Assembly: GCA_965370685.1 (NCBI GenBank) | Contig: CBDUVN010000003.1 | Span: 1-56,868 of the forward strand | Length of the DNA stretch: 56,868 bases | Direction: 5' to 3' | Origin: an uncultured bacterium | GTDB lineage: Bacteria > Gemmatimonadota > Gemmatimonadetes > Palauibacterales > Palauibacteraceae | The notes under the pieces: generated by a model | What the model was told of the DNA's origin: nothing | The model's database searches: none | The model's input: only the letters and a program-made list of their open reading frames with translations | Shown here: piece after piece, positions 9,951-18,484 of the stretch | How positions within the stretch are numbered: the stretch's first letter is position 1 | Layout: each line of letters opens with the position of its first letter | Translations under genes and position numbers: made by a program

Positions 9951-10011
9951 GCATATGTGGAGCACGATCTCGCTGGATCGTCCCCGGTATCCTGTTGTGT
10001 CTAGTTCTTGT

Positions 10012-10626
10012 TCAGCCCCCGACCGGGAAGCCGACACCGGCCATGACCTGCCATGTCCTGTTTTTGGCGCTGAAGTCAAATTCCTCTTCGTCCGTCTCCG
10101 CAACATTGGACAGACCAAGATTGTATCGTCCGTCGATGAACAGAACGACGCTGCTGAGAGCGTACTGGAGGCCACCACCGAACACGAGGCCGAAGTCGAC
10201 CGACTTGACGTCGTCCTTGCAGTCAAAGCCCTCTTCGTCGCAACTCAGCGCAAACCCCACCGACGGCCCCGCGAATACCATCGGCTTGAGCGCGCTGTTC
10301 GAGAGCGGAAATGCTGCCCCGACCAGTACGGGAACCTCCAGGTAGTTCACGGCCAGAGTTTCGTCGCCCGACTTGGAGCCCTTCGAAGAGTACAGCACCT
10401 CCGGCTGGATGAAGAATGGGGATCCGATACCGAATTGCGCGAACGCGCCTCCGACAAATCCCGTCCTGCTGTCAGCGCTCGCGCTGACCCCTTCACCACT
10501 GAACGTCACATTTGCGATGTTGATCCCGGCCTTGGCCCCGATAATGGTCTGGGCCGAGGTCTCCGTCGGTGCAAACATCGCCACTACCAGTAGCAGCGCG
10601 AAACAGAATCGTAACGTCTTCATCAT
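10012..10626 (-). CDS. outer-membrane beta-barrel protein (small OmpA-like/OMP_b-brl type)
   Basis: 204 aa. The signal peptide is MMKTLRFCFALLLVVAMFAPTETSAQ. It has alternating beta-strand patterns and a C-terminal aromatic-rich strand. Confidence 0.8.
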   Translation of the reverse strand: MMKTLRFCFALLLVVAMFAPTETSAQTIIGAKAGINIANVTFSGEGVSASADSRTGFVGGAFAQFGIGSPFFIQPEVLYSSKGSKSGDETLAVNYLEVPVLVGAAFPLSNSALKPMVFAGPSVGFALSCDEEGFDCKDDVKSVDFGLVFGGGLQYALSSVVLFIDGRYNLGLSNVAETDEEEFDFSAKNRTWQVMAGVGFPVGG

Positions 10627-10911
10627 AGTCCCCCCGGGTTGTGGATCATCAAGCGGGTACCCGCTTGATGCGACTATTCAGCCGCGATTCCTCCATGAAA
10701 TTGCGAGTCCATGTCGGCCTCGCGTGCAAGATCTGTTCTCCGGTTGAAATTTAAGGGTATCGAACGTCGGAACACCCAGCAGAACAGCAACTTAGATGAT
10801 CGAGAATGTACTCGTATTCCCGGTCTGGCCTGGCACCAGGCCACGTATACTGATGCGCTCAGCGGAATTCTGCATGAAAATGGCCCCACCCGGCCTGAAG
10901 GGCCCTCTGCG

Positions 10912-10940
10912 TTGACACTTTCGCAGATCTCCCCTATGTT
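10912..10940 (+). promoter_or_regulatory. candidate sigma70-type promoter (TTGACA, 17 nt spacer, TATGTT)
   Basis: TTGACA lies at 10912..10917 and TATGTT at 10935..10940 with a 17-nt spacer. It sits about 230 nt upstream of infC. Confidence 0.4.
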
Positions 10941-11032
10941 CGCGCCCTGAAACGCGAAAGCGGAGGCGAGAGGCCTCCCACCTTTCGGCGTCCCGCGGTA
11001 TGCGCGGGGGCTGCTGCCGGGTTCGAGACGAG

Positions 11033-11108
11033 ACGACGCCCCACCGGGATTCCGGGGGCCGTCGTGTTTTCTTGCCCGGTCGGCGTCGCCGCACCGGGCT
11101 TTCTTGTT
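11033..11108 (+). promoter_or_regulatory. two tandem terminator-like hairpins in the infC leader (candidate attenuator)
   Basis: Hairpin 1 pairs ACGACGCCCC (11033..11042) with GGGG(C)CGTCGT (11055..11065), then GTTTTCTTG. Hairpin 2 pairs GCCCGGT (11074..11080) with ACCGGGC (11093..11099), then TTTCTTGTT. Confidence 0.5.
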
Positions 11109-11173
11109 AGCTGCAGATCGGCGTCGGGCCGTGCCGGTCGGTGGGACGGGAAAACGGTCTGTGAAGAGGTGAT

Positions 11174-11689
11174 GTGAGCCAGGAAGATCTGCGCGTAAAC
11201 GAGCGGATTCGGATCAGTCCCGTCAGACTTATCGACGAGACTGGAGAACAGATCGGGATCTTGCCGACGGACGAGGCAAGGGCGATGGCGGTGGAGCAGG
11301 GACTCGACCTCGTCGAGGTTGCCCCGAATTCCAGGCCGCCGGTCTGCCGGATCATGGACTACGGAAAGTACAAGTACGAGCAGGCGAGAAAGAATCGAGA
11401 GGCGAAGAAGAAGCAGCATACGGTCACCGTGAAGGAGATCAAGATGCGGCCGAAGATCGAAACGCATGACTTCGACTTCAAGCTTCGACACGCCAAGCGA
11501 TTCCTCGAGGAGGGGGACAAGGTCAAGTTCACGCTCCGTTTCCGGGGGCGGGAGATGACCCACCCGGAGCTCGGTGAGCGAGTTCTGACCCGCGTCAAGG
11601 CAGAGCTCGCCGAGCTCGCGACGATCGAGTCGGACGTCAAGAGAGAGGGGCGCCAGATGACGATGCTGATGGCACCCCGGAGTACATAG
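11174..11689 (+). CDS. infC: translation initiation factor IF-3
   Basis: The product reads [42 protein letters not shown]...[12 protein letters not shown]. It has a GTG start. Synteny with rpmI-rplT supports the call. Confidence 0.95.
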   Translation: MSQEDLRVNERIRISPVRLIDETGEQIGILPTDEARAMAVEQGLDLVEVAPNSRPPVCRIMDYGKYKYEQARKNREAKKKQHTVTVKEIKMRPKIETHDFDFKLRHAKRFLEEGDKVKFTLRFRGREMTHPELGERVLTRVKAELAELATIESDVKREGRQMTMLMAPRST

Positions 11690-11706
11690 GGAGAGGACTG
11701 GAAACG

Positions 11707-11904
11707 ATGCCCAAGATGAAGACGAACCGCTCCGCCGCGAAGCGGTTCAGCAAGACGGGGACTGGGAAATACAAGAGGAACAAGGCGTATCGAAGCCACA
11801 TCCTCACCAAGAAGAGCCCGAAACGGAAGCGGCAGCTCCGCAAGTCGACTCTCGTGTCGAAAGCGGACTTGAAGCGGGTGAAACGACTTCTCGGCGGCGG
11901 TTGA
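11707..11904 (+). CDS. rpmI: 50S ribosomal protein L35
   Basis: [24 protein letters not shown]..., 65 aa. Confidence 0.95.
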   Translation: MPKMKTNRSAAKRFSKTGTGKYKRNKAYRSHILTKKSPKRKRQLRKSTLVSKADLKRVKRLLGGG

Positions 11905-12020
11905 GCGTCGGGCGGATAAGAGGCGCGCCGTGCCCGGGGGGGACGGCGTTCAGGACCGATTCGCCCGTGCCGGGCTGAACCCGCCGGATTCGGGCGTGCA
12001 GAAGGAAAGAGAGAGATACG

Positions 12021-12377
12021 ATGGCGCGAGCTACAAACAGCGTCGCTCGGAATAAGCGAAAAAAGAAGATTCTGAAGGAGGCGCGCGGTCAGTTCGGCGC
12101 GCGCTCCAAGCTCTATCGCACGGCCAAGAACGCGGTCGAGCGAGGATGGGCGTATTCGTACCGTGACCGCAGGGTCAGGAAGCGAGACTTCCGCCGCCTG
12201 TGGATCGCCCGGATCAACGCCGGGGCCAGACAGCACGACCTTTCATACTCCCGGTTCATCAGCGGTCTCCGCAACGCGGACGTCGAGCTGAATCGCAAGG
12301 TCCTGGCGGACCTGGCCATCCGTGAGCCGGAGGCGTTCGCCGAGCTGGCGCGGATCGCCCGGGAGCACGGGAACTGA
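12021..12377 (+). CDS. rplT: 50S ribosomal protein L20
   Basis: MARATNSVARNKRKKKILKEARGQFGARSKLYRTAKNAVERG..., 118 aa. Confidence 0.95.
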   Translation: MARATNSVARNKRKKKILKEARGQFGARSKLYRTAKNAVERGWAYSYRDRRVRKRDFRRLWIARINAGARQHDLSYSRFISGLRNADVELNRKVLADLAIREPEAFAELARIAREHGN

Positions 12378-12394
12378 GTCGAGCCTGAGGGCGA

Positions 12395-13435
12395 ATGGCG
12401 ACCGACGGCCGCTCCCTGCGTGAACGCCTGGAGGAGATCCGCCAGCGCGGCATGTCGGCCATCCGGTCCGCCACTGACCGTGATGAGGTCGAAAAGGCGA
12501 GGGTAGAGTACCTGGGGCGAAGCGGCCTCATATCACAGGCGATGTCGGAACTCCGGGACCTCCCGGTCGAGGAAAAGCCGCAGACAGGACAGACGGGAAA
12601 CCGGGTGAAGAACGAGCTCGAGACTACGCTCGAGCTTCGCCTGTCCGAGATCGAGGCGGCTGCAGCCGCCTCTGCCCCCACAACATCGGTTGATCTCACC
12701 CTGCCCGGGCGCCGGAGCTGGCGCGGTAGTATCCACCCGGTCACCAGGGTGATCGATGAGATCTGCGAGATCTTCCGCGAGATCGGGTTCACGGTCGCGA
12801 CCGGTCCGGAGATCGAAACGGACTGGCACAACTTCACGGCGCTGAACATCCCGCTGGACCATCCCGCCGCAGACATGCATGACACGTTCTACCTGGACGA
12901 TGGAATGCTCCTTCGCACGCACACGTCGCCGGTCCAGGCGCGCGTGATGCTCGCTCACGAGCCGCCGATCCGGGTGCTCGCTCCGGGGCTCGTATTCCGT
13001 CGTGATCCGTGGGATGCATCACATGCTCCCGCGTTCGAGCAGATCGAGGGCCTGGCCGTGGACGAAGGGATCGATTTCGTCGAGTTCCGGTCGGCGATAG
13101 ACTTCTTCGTGCAGCGGTTCTTCGGGGCCGGCACGCGCACGCGTTTCCGCCCGTCATACTTCCCGTTCACCGAGCCATCGGCCGAGGTGGACGTGACCTG
13201 CTTCCTGTGCGATGGGTCGGGATGCCCGACCTGCAAAGGCACCGGGTGGGTCGAAATTATGGGTGCCGGGATGGTCAACCCGGCCGTATTCGACGCCGTC
13301 GGCTACGACTCCGAAAAATACACGGGGTACGCTTTCGGCATGGGTCCGGGACGGATCGCGATGCTCCGGTACCGCGTGCCGGACATCCGCCTGCTGTACG
13401 AAGGTGACGTTTCCTTTCTCGAGCAGTTCGACTGA
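12395..13435 (+). CDS. pheS: phenylalanine--tRNA ligase alpha subunit
   Basis: 346 aa. Class II aaRS motifs are present (HPVTRVIDEI, FRRD, GFAFGMGPGRIAMLRY). The stop overlaps the pheT start (ATGA-type). Confidence 0.95.
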   Translation: MATDGRSLRERLEEIRQRGMSAIRSATDRDEVEKARVEYLGRSGLISQAMSELRDLPVEEKPQTGQTGNRVKNELETTLELRLSEIEAAAAASAPTTSVDLTLPGRRSWRGSIHPVTRVIDEICEIFREIGFTVATGPEIETDWHNFTALNIPLDHPAADMHDTFYLDDGMLLRTHTSPVQARVMLAHEPPIRVLAPGLVFRRDPWDASHAPAFEQIEGLAVDEGIDFVEFRSAIDFFVQRFFGAGTRTRFRPSYFPFTEPSAEVDVTCFLCDGSGCPTCKGTGWVEIMGAGMVNPAVFDAVGYDSEKYTGYAFGMGPGRIAMLRYRVPDIRLLYEGDVSFLEQFD

Positions 13436-15933
13436 TGGACGTTTCCGTCAACTGGCTGAGGGCGCTCGCGCCCGGCATGCAGGGGACGGCCACTGAACTG
13501 GCCGACCGGCTGAGCATGCAGGCGATCCCGGTCGATCGCGTAATTCCCGTGGGGGACGATCTCGAGGGAGTCGTCGTGGCCCGAGTCGTGAAGGCGGGCA
13601 AGCACCCGAACGCGGATCGGCTCACCCTGTGCCAGGTGGACGCCGGAGGGGACGAGCTCATCGACGTGGTGTGCGGGGCTCCGAACGTCGAGCAGGGCGC
13701 CCTGTACCCGTACGTGCCTCCCGGGGCTTCGCTTCCCGGGGGCTTCGTCATCGAGTCACGTAAGATTCGCGGTGAGATGAGTCACGGCATGCTGTGCTCG
13801 GAGAAAGAGTTGGGCCTGGGGCGCGACGCGGGTGGGATTCTCCGGCTCGATAGTGAGTTCGTTGTGGGACAGAGCTTTTCTGAGGCGATGGCCCTGCCCG
13901 ATGCCCGACTCGAGTTGGACCTGACCCCGAATCGGATCGACCTGGCGTGTCACGTCGGGGTCGCGCGCGAGCTTGCGCCGGAGGACGGGCCGGGCGTCGT
14001 CCTGCCGCCATTCGAGGGCCCGAGCTGGGACGCCGCCGGGTGGGTGGACGGCGTGAGCGATGCGGAGTCCGGGGGCGTTCGGATCGTGATCGAGGATTCC
14101 GACCGCTGCCACCGGTACCTCGGAGCGATCGTGCGCGGCATCACAGTCGGTCCGTCTCCAGAATGGCTGCAGGCCCGCCTGCGCGGCGCCGGGGCCCGCC
14201 CGATCAACAACGTCGTGGATGCGACGAATTACGTCCTCCTGGAGATGAACCAGCCGCTGCACGCCTTCGATCTCGCGAAGATCGGCGGCTCCGAGATTCG
14301 GATTCGGCCCGCACGGGCTGGAGAGAAGCTCCGGACGCTTGACGGCGTGGACCATGAGTTGACACCGGCTGCCACCGTGATCGCGGACGCGGAAACCGCG
14401 ATCGCGCTGGCGGGGGTGATGGGAGGTGAGGACAGCGAAGTCGCGCAGAACACCACGGATCTGCTGATCGAGTGCGCTGATTTCGATTCGCGGCACACGA
14501 GAAACACTGCGCGGTCGACTGCGCTTTCGACGGACGCTTCCTACCGGTTCGAACGGGGCATCGACGAGACGGGACAGGAAAGCGCCATCCGCCGTTGCGT
14601 CGAGTTGATCCTGGCAATTGCCGGGGGAGAAGCAGATCCGAACGGAATCCGGGTCGGAAGCGCTCCTTCATCGGACAGGATCGTGGCGCTGCGGATCTCG
14701 AGAATCAGCCGGGTGCTCGGTCTTGATCTTTCGGCCGACGAAGTGACGCGGCTCATCGCCCCGATCGGATTCGACACTCGGCCGGAGACGGACGACTCCG
14801 ACGTATTGCTCGTGACCGTGCCGGGTTGGAGACGGGACGTCACCGCGGAGGCGGATCTGCTGGAAGAGGTAGCTCGCCGGTTCGGATACGATTCCTTTCC
14901 CCGGGAGCCGAGGAGTTTCCGTCCGAGCGCCGTACCGGACTGCGATGATCGGAGCAGGTCAGACGAGGTTCGCAGACTCCTGGTTGCGAGGGGTCTCCAC
15001 GAGGCGCGAAGCGTGCCTTTCGTGCCGGCGACTCGCTCGGCGGACAGTCGGATCCCGCTTCTCAATCCGCTTTCCGCTGCCGAGGGTTTCTTGCGCACCG
15101 ATCTCGTGCCCGTACTGCTCGGTCGGGTGGAGCACAACTGGTCAAGGGGTCACAGGGACGTCCGCCTGTTCGAGGTCGGCACCGTGTTCGGTCGGCGCGA
15201 TGGAGACCGTGCGGATCTGCCCTTAGATGCGACTCCGGAGCAGCGGGACGCGGCGAGCCCGTTTGCGGAAGAGCGCAGGTTCGCGTTTGTGCTCACGGGG
15301 TCCCGGGCGCCTGCCCACTGGGGTGCCGAGTCGCCGGACAGCGACATGTGGGACCTGGTCGGACTCGTCGAGGAGCTGGCTGAGGAGTTCGGGCTGGGGA
15401 CCGTGGAGCCCGCTGTCGAGCCGGGTGTCGAGCCCGAGGAACTCTCGGAACGACCGCTCGGTTTCGAATCGTGGCTGGATGAAGCAGCGATTCGAATCGG
15501 GGGGGATGACCGACTGACGGGTGTCGCAGGGCTGGTAAAGGCGACAATGCTCGACGCGCCTCGGTGGTCCGCTCCGGTGTTCGCTGGAGAGTTTCGCCTC
15601 GATCCGGTCCGGACGGAGGATCAGCGCGAATATCGGAGCCTTCCGCAGTATCCGGCGGTCTCGCGTGATCTCGCGTTTACGCTGGAGAGATCCGTTCTGG
15701 TCGCCGAAGTGGAACGGACAATTCGAGCGGCGGCGCCGCCGCTTCTGACGTCCGTGCGCTTGTTTGACGTGTACGAAGGTGACAAGGTTGAGGAGGGCCG
15801 GCGCAGTCTTGCCTGGCGCCTCGTGTTCCGCGCTCCCGATCGTACGCTTACCGATCCGGAAGTGGACGAGGCCGTAGCCGGCATCGTGCACCAATTGGAG
15901 GAAGAGCTCGATGTCCGAATCCGCGCCTCCTGA
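13435..15933 (+). CDS. pheT: phenylalanine--tRNA ligase beta subunit
   Basis: 832 aa. It has an N-terminal tRNA-binding domain (KHPNADRLTLCQVDAG), B3/4 and B5 regions, and a C-terminal FDX-ACB-like end (LFDVYEG...SLAWRLVFRAPDRTL). Confidence 0.95.
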   Translation: MDVSVNWLRALAPGMQGTATELADRLSMQAIPVDRVIPVGDDLEGVVVARVVKAGKHPNADRLTLCQVDAGGDELIDVVCGAPNVEQGALYPYVPPGASLPGGFVIESRKIRGEMSHGMLCSEKELGLGRDAGGILRLDSEFVVGQSFSEAMALPDARLELDLTPNRIDLACHVGVARELAPEDGPGVVLPPFEGPSWDAAGWVDGVSDAESGGVRIVIEDSDRCHRYLGAIVRGITVGPSPEWLQARLRGAGARPINNVVDATNYVLLEMNQPLHAFDLAKIGGSEIRIRPARAGEKLRTLDGVDHELTPAATVIADAETAIALAGVMGGEDSEVAQNTTDLLIECADFDSRHTRNTARSTALSTDASYRFERGIDETGQESAIRRCVELILAIAGGEADPNGIRVGSAPSSDRIVALRISRISRVLGLDLSADEVTRLIAPIGFDTRPETDDSDVLLVTVPGWRRDVTAEADLLEEVARRFGYDSFPREPRSFRPSAVPDCDDRSRSDEVRRLLVARGLHEARSVPFVPATRSADSRIPLLNPLSAAEGFLRTDLVPVLLGRVEHNWSRGHRDVRLFEVGTVFGRRDGDRADLPLDATPEQRDAASPFAEERRFAFVLTGSRAPAHWGAESPDSDMWDLVGLVEELAEEFGLGTVEPAVEPGVEPEELSERPLGFESWLDEAAIRIGGDDRLTGVAGLVKATMLDAPRWSAPVFAGEFRLDPVRTEDQREYRSLPQYPAVSRDLAFTLERSVLVAEVERTIRAAAPPLLTSVRLFDVYEGDKVEEGRRSLAWRLVFRAPDRTLTDPEVDEAVAGIVHQLEEELDVRIRAS

Positions 15934-16228
15934 CGGAGCAGCCGTCGAGCGAGAGCTCGAAGGTCTGGAGAGAGCTGTAGGGTCACTGCTCGAGGAACTC
16001 GCGTCGCTGCGGGAACGGGCGTATGGGGCCGAAGGCCGTTATCGAAAACTCGAAGAGACCCTGCGGAAAGCGAAGGTTGACGGTGGCGATCCGGATTCCC
16101 TTGAGCGCCGTCTGCGTGAGTTGGGCGACGAAAATTCGCGTCTCAGGGCGGTTATCGAAGAAGCCAGGGAGCGGGCAGGCCGAATCCGCGGACGATTGCT
16201 GGTGATCGAGGACGAGACGGCTGGCTGA
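15911..16228 (+). CDS. small coiled-coil protein (ZapB-like architecture), function unknown
   Basis: 105 aa with heptad-rich E/R/L sequence. It overlaps the pheT 3' end by 23 nt and lies directly upstream of zapA. Confidence 0.55.
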   Translation: MSESAPPDGAAVERELEGLERAVGSLLEELASLRERAYGAEGRYRKLEETLRKAKVDGGDPDSLERRLRELGDENSRLRAVIEEARERAGRIRGRLLVIEDETAG

Positions 16229-16247
16229 CTACGATCCGGAGGACGAC

Positions 16248-16586
16248 TTGGAAGAAGGGAAGAGTCCGGTCCGCGTAACGATCTTCGGAGAGGAGTATTC
16301 CATTCGTTCCGACAAGGGCGAGGAATACACCGTCGCTTGTGCGCAACATGTCGATGACCTCATCCAGGAGGCGCACGTCCGGGCCAAGGTACCGGAGCCT
16401 CACAAGGCAGCGATCCTGGCCGCGATGCAGATTACGGACCAGATGTTTCGCACCAGGGCGGCGAGCCAATCGCAATCGCGAATGCTTGTCGAGCGTCTCG
16501 CCGGTTTACGAGCCAGGGTTGATTCTGCCCTCGGGCACGTGGCGGCGGAAGCGGTCGAGCAGGGGATCCTGACCCCCGAGGACTGA
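16248..16586 (+). CDS. zapA: cell division protein ZapA
   Basis: VRVTIFGEEYSIRSDKGEEYTVACAQHVDDLIQEA...AILAAMQITDQMF matches the ZapA pattern. It has a TTG start preceded by GGAGGA. Confidence 0.8.
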   Translation: MEEGKSPVRVTIFGEEYSIRSDKGEEYTVACAQHVDDLIQEAHVRAKVPEPHKAAILAAMQITDQMFRTRAASQSQSRMLVERLAGLRARVDSALGHVAAEAVEQGILTPED

Positions 16587-16599
16587 CCGATTGGACGAG

Positions 16600-16802
16600 T
16601 CGGCGCAGGGTCGCGGTTCCCGGGCGCTCCTTGCGACGAGAGCGGATTTCGGACACCTTCCGATATAGCGTTCAACGGCCTGTGCCGGCGAGGAGTTCGG
16701 CCCAGTTTCGGCATAAATTAAAGGTTCGCTGCAGCTTACGTCGCCGTGGACCCTGATGAGCCGGAGGCCGGCGGACCCGCGGGTACCGCCGGCCGTTTTT
16801 TG
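16600..16802 (+). ncRNA. candidate structured sRNA or long 3' UTR ending at a strong terminator (6S-like by position only)
   Basis: About 200 nt without a credible ORF lie between zapA and rny. Possible long-range pairings include GCGACG (16633..) with CGTCGC (16739..). An AT-rich patch CATAAATTAAAG is present. The end is defined by the terminator at 16766..16802. Confidence 0.3.
16766..16802 (+). terminator. intrinsic terminator
   Basis: GGCCGGCGG (16766..16774) pairs with CCGCCGGCC (16786..16794). The inner palindrome is ACCCGCGGGT. It is followed by GTTTTTTG. Confidence 0.85.
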
Positions 16803-16860
16803 TGCGCATAGACAGGCCGCATGACGGCCGTTCAGCAAATAGATCGATGGAGCCGATAGA

Positions 16861-18435
16861 ATGGAACTGTTCAGCGCCCTGATCCTGGCAGCCGTCGGAG
16901 CGATAGTCGGAGCCGTGGTCGGCATCCTCGCCGGTCGGCGAATCGAGGCGCGCCAGGCCGAACTGACACGGGGGACCGCGCAGTCCGAAGCCACGGGGAT
17001 CCTCGAAGCAGCTGAGCGGGAGGCGGGGACACTCAAACGCTCAGCGGAGCTCGCGGGGAAGGAAGAGGGGTTCCGTCTCCGGGACGAACAGCTTCGTGAC
17101 GTTGAAGATCGACGGGTGGAACTCGAGCGGCTCGAGAAGAGGATCGGAGAGCGGGAGGAGTCGCTCGAAAAGAAGCTCGACGTCGTAGACCAGCGCCAGG
17201 AGCGCGTCGCGTCACGCGAAGAGTCGCTTCTGACGCGGGGAAAAGACCTGGAGACGACCCGCACGGAGCTGGAGCAGGAGAAGTCGGGCGTTCAGCAGCA
17301 ACTCGAGACTCTCGCCGGCATGACGGCCCAGGAGGCACGCGCCCGGCTGATCGAACGGATTGAAGAGGAAGCCAGGGCCGAGGCTGCGCAGACCGTCCGC
17401 GAGATTCGCGAGCAGAGCCGACGCGAGGCGGAGCGCGAGGCGAAGAAGATCATCTCCATGTCCATCCAGCGGATGGCAGTGGACCACTCGTCCGAGATCA
17501 CCGTGTCCGTAGTGCCTCTTCCCAGCGACGACATGAAGGGCCGGATCATCGGGCGCGAGGGCCGTAATATCCGTTCGTTCGAGCATGCCACGGGCGTGGA
17601 CGTCGTCGTAGACGACACGCCGGAAGCCGTAATTCTTTCCAGCTTTGATCCGATCCGACGCGAGATCGCGCGGATCGCGATGGAACGCCTCGTATCCGAT
17701 GGCCGGATTCACCCCGGCCGGATCGAAGAGGTGGTCGAGAAAGCATCCGAGGACGTCAAGGCCGAGATGCAGGAGGCCGCGGAGCAGGTCCTGTACGAGC
17801 TCGGGATTCACGGCCTTCACCCACAGCTGGTCGAAGTGCTGGGTAACCTCCGATACCGCACGTCTTACGGACAGAACCAGCTTCAGCATGGCAGGGAGGT
17901 CGCACTGCTCGCGGCCAACATGGCGGCGGAGCTGGGGCTGGACGTCGAGATGACGAAGCGCATGGGCCTGCTGCACGATATCGGCAAGGGGCTCACGCAC
18001 ACCCAGGAAGGGAGCCACGTCGAGATCGGCTTCGAGCTCTGCAAGCGCCACGACGAGCCGGACCCGGTGCTGAACGCGATCGTCGCACATCACGGGGAGG
18101 AGCCGGCACGCTACCCGGAGACGTTCCTGGTCACGGCTGCCGACGCCATCTCGGGCGCCCGACCAGGCGCCCGTCGGGAGTCGTTCGAGCACTACGTGAA
18201 GCGTCTCGAGAAGCTCGAGGAGATTGCCCGATCCTATGCCGGCGTATCGAAGGTGTACGCGATCCAGGCGGGCCGCGAGATCCGGATTCTCGTCATGCCG
18301 GAGAAGATCACCGACGAGGAGATGGCGGAGTTGAGCGAACAGACGGCACGCCGGATCGAAGACGAACTGCAATATCCCGGGCAGATCAAGGTCGTCGTCG
18401 TGCGCGAGACACGTGCGGTGAATTTCGCCCGCTGA
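16861..18435 (+). CDS. rny: ribonuclease Y
   Basis: 524 aa. It has an N-terminal TM helix, a coiled coil, a KH domain (GRIIGREGRNIRSFE) and an HD domain (LLHDIGK...HH). Confidence 0.95.
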   Translation: MELFSALILAAVGAIVGAVVGILAGRRIEARQAELTRGTAQSEATGILEAAEREAGTLKRSAELAGKEEGFRLRDEQLRDVEDRRVELERLEKRIGEREESLEKKLDVVDQRQERVASREESLLTRGKDLETTRTELEQEKSGVQQQLETLAGMTAQEARARLIERIEEEARAEAAQTVREIREQSRREAEREAKKIISMSIQRMAVDHSSEITVSVVPLPSDDMKGRIIGREGRNIRSFEHATGVDVVVDDTPEAVILSSFDPIRREIARIAMERLVSDGRIHPGRIEEVVEKASEDVKAEMQEAAEQVLYELGIHGLHPQLVEVLGNLRYRTSYGQNQLQHGREVALLAANMAAELGLDVEMTKRMGLLHDIGKGLTHTQEGSHVEIGFELCKRHDEPDPVLNAIVAHHGEEPARYPETFLVTAADAISGARPGARRESFEHYVKRLEKLEEIARSYAGVSKVYAIQAGREIRILVMPEKITDEEMAELSEQTARRIEDELQYPGQIKVVVVRETRAVNFAR

Positions 18436-18484
18436 GCGGGAGCCACGAGCAAGCCGTTCGAACAGAAACCACCCGGAGGGATCG

